Shown piece by piece: positions 28,745 to 36,852 of a stretch of 64,000 nt of DNA; position 1 is the stretch's first letter; each line of letters begins with the position of its first letter. Under the pieces are notes generated by a model, which saw only the letters and a list, made by a program, of their open reading frames with translations, ran no database searches and had not been told where the DNA came from. A program made the translations under genes and the position numbers. Source of the stretch: an uncultured Candidatus Saccharibacteria bacterium (lineage in GTDB: Bacteria; Patescibacteriota; Minisyncoccia; 2-02-FULL-40-12; GWA2-44-9); contig CAZBFM010000001.1 in the NCBI GenBank assembly GCA_964491455.1, positions 345,893-409,892 on the forward strand, written 5' to 3'.

Positions 28745-29410
28745 ATGAAAGCGTTTTTCGTCGGCGTGCTCATGCTCGGACTCGTTGCGGCTCTCGCAAT
28801 GCTCTTCATGGGCACTACGGTGGCACGATACAATCTCATCACGGTACAAGGACCATTCTGGTACTTTGCCGGTGGATTGATCTTTCTCATCGGCGGAGGA
28901 ATTCTCGTTGCAAACGACGTCTCTCCTGGCGCCTTTTTCGCTGGATTTGGGTCGCTCTTGCTGATCATTGGTGGCGCGAAAGCTACGTGGCCCAACACCT
29001 CGGCCGCGAGCGCACATGCGCAAGCCGCCGTCGACGCTGATGGCGCCACAACACTCAACACTGCGTTCGGCGCTCGGCAAATCCCCTGCGATCGCACCAC
29101 GCGACCACGCCCCGATTTCTTCGACCGCGTGACCGGCAAGCCGCTTATCTGGGTTGCGTGGGACAAAGACAGTAGTCGTTTCGAGTGCTTCAATCGCCCC
29201 GGGTTTCACCCACTCACGCGCGAAGCGCTCGTCGCCGTCGACGCAAAGCTCGCCCGCGAAATCATGGATCAAAGTCCGCCCGACTCCAAGCTACACGAAC
29301 TTGCTTCAGAGCCGATGACGAGCCCCACGCCACTCCCCGAACTGGGAACGGCGGACGTCACGGAAGAAGATATTCGCAGTCCAAACAAGAAGATCGTTCC
29401 GCAGCGCTAG
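28745..29410 (+). CDS. Membrane protein, function unknown
   Basis: Two N-terminal TM helices. The ATG at 28745 directly follows the upstream TAA. Overlapping minus-strand ORFs are treated as shadows. Confidence 0.45.
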   Translation: MKAFFVGVLMLGLVAALAMLFMGTTVARYNLITVQGPFWYFAGGLIFLIGGGILVANDVSPGAFFAGFGSLLLIIGGAKATWPNTSAASAHAQAAVDADGATTLNTAFGARQIPCDRTTRPRPDFFDRVTGKPLIWVAWDKDSSRFECFNRPGFHPLTREALVAVDAKLAREIMDQSPPDSKLHELASEPMTSPTPLPELGTADVTEEDIRSPNKKIVPQR

Positions 29411-29443
29411 CACCTCCCCTGCTGATCCCAGCAGGGGTTTTTA

Positions 29444-29986
29444 TTACGTATACGACAATTGATCCGCTAGATCAGGACGAGATGCGCGAAGACGGTCGAA
29501 ATCTGCTTGAGATAAATACTCCTTGCCAAACCAAATAGAATTAAATGGACCGATAAACTTAGGAAGTACTAGATCTTCAATAGAAGTGAGCCCATCAAGG
29601 TTGAGGGACCCGCCGATCGTCGTGGGTAGCGTGAGGTACTTGGCAGAGGTGAGACTTCGCAGATCAAGATCCCCGCCGATCGTAACAGGCAATGAAAGGT
29701 GCTCAGCGGATTCGAGACTATTAAGAAGTAAATCGCTACGAATTACATGGGGTAAGATGAGGTGTTTAGCGGAGGTGAGACTACTGAGATTCAAGGGTCC
29801 CTCTATAATCTCGGGTAAGACCAAATGCTCGGCTTTCGTAAGATTCGGTAAGTAGAATGCACCACTCAAAACCCGAATCTTTGTTGGAAATATCGGAGCA
29901 ACATCGTCCCATTCTTCGTCCCATGGTTCATGTAATAAATTAAGATCCCCCGTCAGCGACACCGAGCCATCGTCGTGTATCACCAT
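29444..29986 (-). CDS. Leucine-rich-repeat-like protein (about 23-aa TpLRR/BspA-type repeats), probably cytoplasmic
   Basis: Repeats of the form LxLSSLTSAKHLxLPxxIxGxL. The ATG at 29986 overlaps the upstream stop in an ATGGTGA arrangement. Confidence 0.5.
   Translation of the reverse strand: MVIHDDGSVSLTGDLNLLHEPWDEEWDDVAPIFPTKIRVLSGAFYLPNLTKAEHLVLPEIIEGPLNLSSLTSAKHLILPHVIRSDLLLNSLESAEHLSLPVTIGGDLDLRSLTSAKYLTLPTTIGGSLNLDGLTSIEDLVLPKFIGPFNSIWFGKEYLSQADFDRLRASRPDLADQLSYT
29560..29860. repeat. Imperfect tandem DNA repeats of about 69 bp encoding the LRR units
   Basis: Repeated gaggtgagact ... gatcaag ... cccgccgatcgt blocks are visible on both strands. Confidence 0.5.
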
Positions 29987-30282
29987 AGAGCCGAGAAGAT
30001 CGTCTGCGTTGTCGAGCTTGGCATCCGCAAAAACGTAGCCCATTGTGTCTTAATCTTCTCCTGTCGTGTCATCCCCGGCTTCTCATTCATCTGCGCTTGC
30101 TCGTCTGCAGTCAGACCAGAGGATACAGATGCAGAAGGATCAGAAAGATCATGGACATGACGCTTGCGATAGGCGGCTTCTGCTTTGGGACCAAGCAGGA
30201 GTCCGATAGCATGTGCTTCCTTCTCATGATCCACGACTGTGGGGATGGGAGGGCGGAAGGGATTCTCGAGGGGAGAGGGCAT
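29980..30282 (-). CDS. Hypothetical 100-aa protein translationally coupled to the LRR gene
   Basis: ORF with no known motifs. Its stop overlaps the downstream start. Confidence 0.35.
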   Translation of the reverse strand: MPSPLENPFRPPIPTVVDHEKEAHAIGLLLGPKAEAAYRKRHVHDLSDPSASVSSGLTADEQAQMNEKPGMTRQEKIKTQWATFLRMPSSTTQTIFSALW

Positions 30283-30291
30283 GGGATACGA

Positions 30292-31614
30292 TTAAGAAAC
30301 TTCGTGGAAAATTGAGGCTTTATCCTTGGGAACAAAGAATACGAATACATACCACGCAACGAAAATAAAGAAGGCGGCAAAAATCATCGGCATTGAAACA
30401 CTGATACCGACCGCCCAACCGGAAAGAATAGGTGGCAGCCCGAAGCTCAATGCCGACATGGCACGATCGATTCCCAGTGCCTCCCCTTGCGATTGCTGGT
30501 CGGCAAGATCAGAAATGATTGACGTAATGTTTGGTCCGTTGACCCCGTAGAACATCGCAACCAACGGCAAAAGAAGATACACCGTCTGCACTTGCGTGAC
30601 ACGCGCCAAAACTATCAACACAATCACCGCGCCCAACGGCGCAAATCGAACCACGGCACGTGGAGACGCAACTCGCGACACGTAGCGCGCAAGAATACCC
30701 TGCGTGAAGGCAGTCCAAATGCCAAAGTATGCAAATAATGCGCCAATCTGGGACGTACTAAATTCGAAACGAGCGACGAGGAACACCGAAAAGAACTGTA
30801 CGAAGAAGTTGTATCCAAATCCCATACAGAGACTCACCAGATAAATCGAACGCATACGCGGAACACTAAAGGCACGGCTAAGATTACGTAAACCTGTCCA
30901 TACCGTCATCTTCGAGCGAAGTGGCGTGCGGAGTGTCTCACTAAATAGCCACCAGATACCGAGTGCATTGATTACCGAAACCACCGCCGCGGCCCACAGT
31001 GGCGTGGCCAAATTGAACCACGAAACGCTTTCTGAATTTGATAGCAATCCTCCAAGATAAGGGCCGAAAATGAAACCCAAGCCAAGCCCCATGCCGACAA
31101 GACCAAAATTGCGAACCTTATCCGAACTATCAGAAATATCAGCTACAGCAGAATTTGCAGCGGAGATATTCGCCGACCCAACGCCTGCAAGCATGCGACT
31201 CACAAAGAGGAGCCACATTTGTTGCGTGAGAATACCGATTCCAAAGAGAGCGTGTCCAAACGCGTTTCCAAGTACCGAAAGAATCAGCACCGGCTTACGA
31301 CCTGCACGATCTGCATACGCACCCAATAGTGGCGCGAGGAAAAACTGCACCACGGGACCCGTCCCAAGGAGCAGACCAAGAATCAGCGTTCGATACTGCA
31401 GTGAAACTGACTCAGCAAATAACGCGGTGTTGGATCCCAAAAAGAGCGGCGCCGCGACGGGTATCACCAAGCTCAACCCAATCAAGTCGAGAAATACCGT
31501 CAGTACAATGATAGTGAGCTGGCGATTTTTGTTGTACTGCATATGATGTAATCCAGCATACCATAGTGAATTCTGAAACCCCATCGCAATTGTGGAATGA
31601 CAGAATGCACACAA
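30292..31614 (-). CDS. MFS transporter
   Basis: Twelve TM helices and the GAYADRAGRKPVLIL MFS signature loop. Confidence 0.8.
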   Translation of the reverse strand: MCAFCHSTIAMGFQNSLWYAGLHHMQYNKNRQLTIIVLTVFLDLIGLSLVIPVAAPLFLGSNTALFAESVSLQYRTLILGLLLGTGPVVQFFLAPLLGAYADRAGRKPVLILSVLGNAFGHALFGIGILTQQMWLLFVSRMLAGVGSANISAANSAVADISDSSDKVRNFGLVGMGLGLGFIFGPYLGGLLSNSESVSWFNLATPLWAAAVVSVINALGIWWLFSETLRTPLRSKMTVWTGLRNLSRAFSVPRMRSIYLVSLCMGFGYNFFVQFFSVFLVARFEFSTSQIGALFAYFGIWTAFTQGILARYVSRVASPRAVVRFAPLGAVIVLIVLARVTQVQTVYLLLPLVAMFYGVNGPNITSIISDLADQQSQGEALGIDRAMSALSFGLPPILSGWAVGISVSMPMIFAAFFIFVAWYVFVFFVPKDKASIFHEVS

Positions 31615-31634
31615 TGACGTAGACTACGAATACT

Positions 31635-32960
31635 ATGAGCGACCGCATCAACCCACAACCAGCATCTGGCTTTCGAGATTCACTCCCCGGTGACACTGCG
31701 ATGCGCCAAGGGATGATGGATACCATTGCCGCCGTTTTTCAGCGGGCAGGCTTCTCACCCATCGACACCCCAGCACTGGAACGCCCCGAAGTCCTCACCG
31801 GTGGCGACGAATCCTTCACCAAGAACATCTACCGCGCCCGCATCACTGACACCGACGAGCCACTCGCGCTCCGATTTGATCTCACCGTTCCCCTGGCACG
31901 CTACATCGCCGCGCACGCCGAAGACTTGCAGTTTCCGTTCATGCGCTACCACATTGGCAAAGTCTGGCGAGGAGAACATGCCCAAGCAGGACGCTATCGC
32001 GAGTTTGTTCAATGTGATGCTGACATTGTGGGCTCCACCACTATGGTCGCCGATGCACAGATCATCTCGATGGTCTATTCTGTGTTTTCCGAGCTCGGCC
32101 TTGCGTCACACGTTCGCATTCGAATCTCCAACCGCAAGATATTGAGTGGATTGGCAGAATTTCTTGAATTTGATACCGCTCGCACGCCCGATGTACTGCG
32201 CATCATCGACAAGCTCGATAAGCAGCCATGGGAGGCAATCGCAACTGAACTATCCGATAGCATCGGCCTTGATGAGCGTCAGATTGATGCCATTCAAGAA
32301 TTCGTTCAGCTTCAAGGAGCAACGCCAGAAGAACTCCTCAGCAATGCATCGGCACTTCTGAAGTTTGGGACACTTTCGGAACAAGGCATCGGAGAGCTTC
32401 GAGAGCTCATCGCCAACCTCGACGCACTCCATGTACCACGGAATGCATGGCACATTGATCTTTCAGTGGCACGCGGTCTTGGCTACTACACTGGCACCGT
32501 ATTTGAGACAACCCTCACCGGCATGCCTCAGTATGGCTCGGTGTGTTCCGGTGGTCGCTATGATGACCTCGTGTCACGATTTTCACCCCTGCAGCTTTCG
32601 GGTGTTGGCCTGTCGGTAGGTATCGATCGACTGATTGCTGCACTCGATGAGATGCAGCTCCTCAAGCGCAGCAACGCGCCCGCACGCGTAGCGGTACTCA
32701 ATTTCGATACTGCCTCACAAACGACGGTACTGGGCATCGTGGCGAGTCTCCGCACATCGGGCATCAGCACGTCGTTGTATCTCGGCCACGACGAAAGTCT
32801 CAAAGGTCAGCTCGCATGGGCTGTCAAAGGCGAATTCCCCTTCGTCATCCTCGTTGGGACCAATGAACAAGCCCGTGGTGTCGCACAACTCAAAGACATG
32901 CGCGCACGCACGCAAGAAGATGTGCTTCTTGCTGATCTGTCAGCTCGCTTGAACGGCTAA
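31635..32960 (+). CDS. hisS: Histidine--tRNA ligase
   Basis: Class II motifs: RYHIGKVWRGE, GGRYDDL, and the C-terminal anticodon-binding domain. Confidence 0.9.
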   Translation: MSDRINPQPASGFRDSLPGDTAMRQGMMDTIAAVFQRAGFSPIDTPALERPEVLTGGDESFTKNIYRARITDTDEPLALRFDLTVPLARYIAAHAEDLQFPFMRYHIGKVWRGEHAQAGRYREFVQCDADIVGSTTMVADAQIISMVYSVFSELGLASHVRIRISNRKILSGLAEFLEFDTARTPDVLRIIDKLDKQPWEAIATELSDSIGLDERQIDAIQEFVQLQGATPEELLSNASALLKFGTLSEQGIGELRELIANLDALHVPRNAWHIDLSVARGLGYYTGTVFETTLTGMPQYGSVCSGGRYDDLVSRFSPLQLSGVGLSVGIDRLIAALDEMQLLKRSNAPARVAVLNFDTASQTTVLGIVASLRTSGISTSLYLGHDESLKGQLAWAVKGEFPFVILVGTNEQARGVAQLKDMRARTQEDVLLADLSARLNG

Positions 32961-32976
32961 CGCGACGGCGTAGCCG

Positions 32977-33303
32977 TTAGTTGATCTTGCTGCCCGCAGG
33001 TACCGGACGTTGCGGTCGCAACAATACAGGAACATCTGACTCGTCACGAGACGCCAGCAGCATGCCATTGGACTCATGGCCCATGAGACTGCGGGGCTCG
33101 AGGTTTGCAACGATAATAATCTGTGTACCTACGAGTTCTTCGGGCGTATACGCCTTGCCGATGCCTCCAATAATCTGGCGTGGGCCAAGCTCACCAAGGT
33201 CGAGCTGAAGTTTTAGTAATTTTTCGCTTCCCTCTACGCGCTCGGCAGAGACAACCGTTGCAACACGCATTTCAACTGCTGAAAATTGATCGTAATTTAT
33301 CAT
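32977..33303 (-). CDS. CsaA/Trbp111-like tRNA-binding protein
   Basis: EMRVATVVSAERVEGSEKLLKLQLDLGELGPRQIIGGIGKAYTPEELVGTQIIIVANLEP. Start placed at MINYDQF (33303). Confidence 0.7.
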   Translation of the reverse strand: MINYDQFSAVEMRVATVVSAERVEGSEKLLKLQLDLGELGPRQIIGGIGKAYTPEELVGTQIIIVANLEPRSLMGHESNGMLLASRDESDVPVLLRPQRPVPAGSKIN

Positions 33304-33320
33304 GGGGCGCAGTGTAGCAC

Positions 33321-33782
33321 CTACTGCACGAGTCGAATAGGGAGTGCCTCGAGCAAATCGATAATCACTGTGGGCGTACACTGCCCATTAAAAAGCGTGT
33401 TCACGTAGGCACAGCTAATTTCGGTCATCTTCCCACGTACGTGAACAGGCCCCTCGGTAACGGAAACCCGGGAACCGTCCGCGGTGTATGCCTGAATATA
33501 TCCCTTCGCGCCGCTGAGCTCGATTGCGATCCCCTGTCCACCCGCAAGCGACGCCTTCACAATGCCCTCCTCGTCGAAATCTGTGGGCTCAGGAAATACC
33601 GTCTCGGTAGCGACAACCGGATTTGCACTACTAGACTGCACAGCTTGCAATTGAGACGCCGTAAGCGGAACGCGAATAACTCCACCAAAATATATGGTCC
33701 CCGAAACGAGCACCCCGAGAATCAAGAGTGCGCCAAATGCACTTCGATACGACGGTTGCGAATGAGAAGAAAACACACTCAT
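33321..33782 (-). CDS. Membrane-anchored hypothetical protein
   Basis: Single N-terminal TM helix, otherwise unrecognised. Confidence 0.4.
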   Translation of the reverse strand: MSVFSSHSQPSYRSAFGALLILGVLVSGTIYFGGVIRVPLTASQLQAVQSSSANPVVATETVFPEPTDFDEEGIVKASLAGGQGIAIELSGAKGYIQAYTADGSRVSVTEGPVHVRGKMTEISCAYVNTLFNGQCTPTVIIDLLEALPIRLVQ

Positions 33783-33826
33783 ACGCTCATCATATAGTGG
33801 ACTTCGAGTTTGTCGCTGTTGATAAA

Positions 33827-34447
33827 CTATTTTACGGGTTTTTCATGCGTCACCAGCTTCCCCGCAGCTATCTCAACGGGATCAGCTCGACGAAACAATC
33901 GTCGCACACTCAATGGCGTCACAGCGCGGTGCCTACTCTCATCGAGCCTCTCTGCAACGTACCAGACATCGTCTTCGCTCGTGAGCCAGCCAGCTCCACA
34001 TCGCTTCACCACGGGAAAGGGGTCTGAATAATCAATCATAGTTTTGCGCCCACTATCGAGGAAGTACTCATGGAAATACGACATAGCGAGCTCACGGATT
34101 GAGCGATACACAGGCTCGCGATATCGAAGCACCGCATGATTTGTTTTGGAGATCGCGCCCCATAGCGAACCGACACGAAACAGGGTCACAACGTGATCTA
34201 AATCATCTGGCGTGGAACGAAGATCCAAAAGATAGGGCGTCTTCCCCTGCACATGCAACGCCGCAGCTGCAACCAATGCTCCCTCAATGCAATGCGCAGT
34301 GCGCTCGCGGAGCACGCGACGTGGCGAACGCAACATATCGTTGCCATCATCAAAACTGTAGGGAATCTCTTCGAGAAAATCTTGAATCTTGCGAGGCGTC
34401 GAAAGCTTCTTGAGAACCCTTAGCTCGTCGCGCGTGAATGCATCCAT
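33827..34447 (-). CDS. Hypothetical protein with a possible papain/transglutaminase-like Cys-His arrangement
   Basis: TAHCIEGALVAAAAL ... DDLDHVVTLF. Very tentative. Confidence 0.3.
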   Translation of the reverse strand: MDAFTRDELRVLKKLSTPRKIQDFLEEIPYSFDDGNDMLRSPRRVLRERTAHCIEGALVAAAALHVQGKTPYLLDLRSTPDDLDHVVTLFRVGSLWGAISKTNHAVLRYREPVYRSIRELAMSYFHEYFLDSGRKTMIDYSDPFPVVKRCGAGWLTSEDDVWYVAERLDESRHRAVTPLSVRRLFRRADPVEIAAGKLVTHEKPVK

Positions 34448-34523
34448 ACCACATCATACCCACATGACAGAAAAAGAAAACGACCCCTCGTGTGGGGTCG
34501 CTGTCTTCGACGATGACTTCTCG

Positions 34524-35186
34524 TTATTGCGAAAGATCCTTCACGATCACCTTCTGCATTATCACAGGCTTGAGTGGGCGATCACTCCCATCACGTGGCG
34601 TTGTCGCAATCTTGTCGACAACGTCTTGCCCCGCAATCACATGGCCAAAAATAGTGTAGTTGTGTGGCAATGGATAATCCTTATGCATGATAAAGAACTG
34701 GCTCCCGTTCGTGTTTGGCCCCGCATTCGCCATTGCCACCGTTCCTCGCGTATAACCGCGCTTTGCTGACTCAGTCCCCGGAGCTAATTCATCTTCAAAT
34801 TTGTATCCAGGCCCGCCCATGCCGGTACCCGTCGGGTCTCCTCCCTGGATCATGAAGCCCTCAATAACACGATGGAAGACGACATTGGTATAAAATCCCT
34901 TGCTTGCTAAGGTGACAAAATTTGCAACTGCCTTTGGCGCGTCAGCGTCATAGGTCTGGAAGGTGATATCTCCGAAGTTGGTTGTGATAGTAATTTCGTG
35001 CATGTTGTTTTTGTAAGATTCTGACGCTGATGCAATGGGCTCCTGCGATGCTGCTGGACTTGAACTTTCGGTTGGTGTCGGGGTCGCCTGTGAGATCTCA
35101 GTGGGACGACTTCGCGACCACAGGGCACCTGCGATAATAACACTCACCAATACTACGCCAAGTACAATACTTTTTGTGATATTCAT
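34524..35186 (-). CDS. Cyclophilin-type peptidyl-prolyl cis-trans isomerase, membrane-anchored or secreted
   Basis: FHRVIEGFMIQGGDPTGTGMGGPGYKFEDE ... GTVAMANAGPNTNGSQFFI, plus an N-terminal TM helix. Confidence 0.9.
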   Translation of the reverse strand: MNITKSIVLGVVLVSVIIAGALWSRSRPTEISQATPTPTESSSPAASQEPIASASESYKNNMHEITITTNFGDITFQTYDADAPKAVANFVTLASKGFYTNVVFHRVIEGFMIQGGDPTGTGMGGPGYKFEDELAPGTESAKRGYTRGTVAMANAGPNTNGSQFFIMHKDYPLPHNYTIFGHVIAGQDVVDKIATTPRDGSDRPLKPVIMQKVIVKDLSQ

Positions 35187-35201
35187 CGTTACTATGAATT
35201 A

Positions 35202-36182
35202 TTATTTCGATTCAAAATGTGATGCGATGTAGGATTGCGCTTCTGACATCTTCAGCGATGTCGAGCCATTGCCAGTACGAATATAGAGCTCTTCACGCTC
35301 CTGCTCGCGCAGGTACACAGGTCGATCTGACGGCTGCACAGAGACGAGCATACACTCCTTCTCCTGATGGGTAAATGGTTGCATACGCACAAGACTCCGA
35401 TAGGATGGCCCCATCATCGATCCAACAAGATTTGAAAAGTGATTCTGGAATCCATCTGCATCGCGCCGAGGCAACGATGCGTAGTCGGCGTCGAGCCCAA
35501 TCGCCTCTCCCTGATCACCAATGCCGAGCATGAGATGTCCACCGGCTGTATTCATAAATGCTGCAACGGTTTTCAGTGCAGCCTTCTCGAGATTTTTATT
35601 GACGGATTGCGAATGCAAATCCCATCGTAGTGTACTTTTTCGCTCGAGCTGTTCGTGCTCTGGCAATGCTACGAGCGCATGCGGATCCACAGAAACGACA
35701 CCTCCTCCGTTTTTCTTTTTTTGCATGAGCTCCTCCACAAACTCTTGCGGCTCCGGCATGCTATCGAGCGACACCAGCACCTCTCCCTTGGCATTCATAA
35801 TATCAACTCTCCCGTAGTGCGTACGTCGACCCAAGAGACTCTGTCGAAATGTAATCGTAGCTATCTCATTGAGGGCCACCGCCGTGCGCGTATGCATAAT
35901 AATTCCTCGGTCATAGGTGAGCTGGTCCCGCGTGACTCGTATCACCTGTCGATGCCATGCAATAAACATGTACATGATCAAGCCAATCTCTCCAATAAAG
36001 AGAAAAACTGCCTGCGCGATGGAGAAATCGATATCGCGAATATACGGAATGGATCTCCAAATCTGCGCATAGTATGCCAGCGATGCTGCAAGCGCATACA
36101 GTGCCGCCGTAGCAAATTGCAACGCGATGAAATTACCGACAATGACGATGGGACTCTTACGATACTGAACAACATTCTTCAT
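35202..36182 (-). CDS. Membrane protein fusing a YdbS/YdbT-like bacterial PH domain with a C-terminal AlbA_2 (Schlafen-like) domain
   Basis: Two TM helices and a PH region, then TVAAFMNTAGGHLMLGIGDQGEAIGLD matching the AlbA_2 core. The ATG at 36182 is preferred because 36266 overlaps a promoter palindrome. Confidence 0.55.
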   Translation of the reverse strand: MKNVVQYRKSPIVIVGNFIALQFATAALYALAASLAYYAQIWRSIPYIRDIDFSIAQAVFLFIGEIGLIMYMFIAWHRQVIRVTRDQLTYDRGIIMHTRTAVALNEIATITFRQSLLGRRTHYGRVDIMNAKGEVLVSLDSMPEPQEFVEELMQKKKNGGGVVSVDPHALVALPEHEQLERKSTLRWDLHSQSVNKNLEKAALKTVAAFMNTAGGHLMLGIGDQGEAIGLDADYASLPRRDADGFQNHFSNLVGSMMGPSYRSLVRMQPFTHQEKECMLVSVQPSDRPVYLREQEREELYIRTGNGSTSLKMSEAQSYIASHFESK

Positions 36183-36249
36183 ACGGGTTGTATCGTAGCA
36201 TCCCCATATCGTGGAGCAATGAGGACGCTTTTTCTTATCCACAATTGAC

Positions 36250-36267
36250 GGTGTACAAACGTACACC
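36250..36267. promoter_or_regulatory. Perfect palindrome GGTGTAC-AAAC-GTACACC in the divergent promoter region; candidate LexA operator
   Basis: Read directly. It lies 13 nt upstream of the lexA ATG (36280) and about 85 nt upstream of the AlbA_2 gene start. Confidence 0.45.
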
Positions 36268-36279
36268 TACACTACGGGT

Positions 36280-36849
36280 ATGGATGAGACCTCTTCTACA
36301 AACCGCATAGCAGATTTCTTTCGTACGCATCATCGCATGCCGACATGGCGTGAGATGATGCGCATGTTCCGCTACCGCTCACCAAATGCCGTCACCAAGC
36401 TGGTCGATCGGCTCGTCGAGAGCGGTGCCCTCCAGCGCGACGCCACGGGTCGCATCTCACTCGTGAATCCATTCAACCACACGCGTGTGCTCGGCACCGT
36501 CGAAGCAGGATTTCCCTCCCCAGCAGAAGAAGAGCTCGCAGACACCATGAGCATCGATGAATGGCTCATCGGCAACAAAGAAGCCACCTTCATGCTCAAA
36601 GTGCGAGGTGAATCTATGAAGGACGCGGGTATTATGCCGGGCGACATGGTACTCGTGGAGCGCGGCCTCACTGCACGGGACGGAGACATCGTGATTGCCG
36701 AAGTAGACCACGCCTGGACAATGAAATACCTCCGTCACGTCCACGGTCGCGTCGTACTTGAGCCTGCCAACGAACGATTCAAGCCAATCTACCCCACCGA
36801 AGATTTGAGCATCGCCGCCGTTGTAAAAGCAGTCATTCGTAAATACTAA
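36280..36849 (+). CDS. lexA: LexA repressor (wHTH plus S24 peptidase)
   Basis: N-terminal wHTH, then VRGESMKDAGIMPGDMVLVER ... TMKYL, the Ser/Lys dyad region. Confidence 0.8.
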   Translation: MDETSSTNRIADFFRTHHRMPTWREMMRMFRYRSPNAVTKLVDRLVESGALQRDATGRISLVNPFNHTRVLGTVEAGFPSPAEEELADTMSIDEWLIGNKEATFMLKVRGESMKDAGIMPGDMVLVERGLTARDGDIVIAEVDHAWTMKYLRHVHGRVVLEPANERFKPIYPTEDLSIAAVVKAVIRKY

Positions 36850-36852
36850 TCC

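Noticed and set aside
28591-29272. Two overlapping minus-strand ORFs (200 and 204 aa)
   Set aside because: They are antisense to two abutting plus-strand genes with good start and stop logic and a membrane-protein hydropathy pattern. They are most likely GC-driven shadow ORFs.
29444-30282. Treating the 100-aa ORF and the LRR ORF as one frameshifted gene
   Set aside because: An ATG at 29986 overlapping the upstream stop (ATGGTGA) gives a clean translational-coupling junction like others in this genome, so two genes is the more parsimonious reading.
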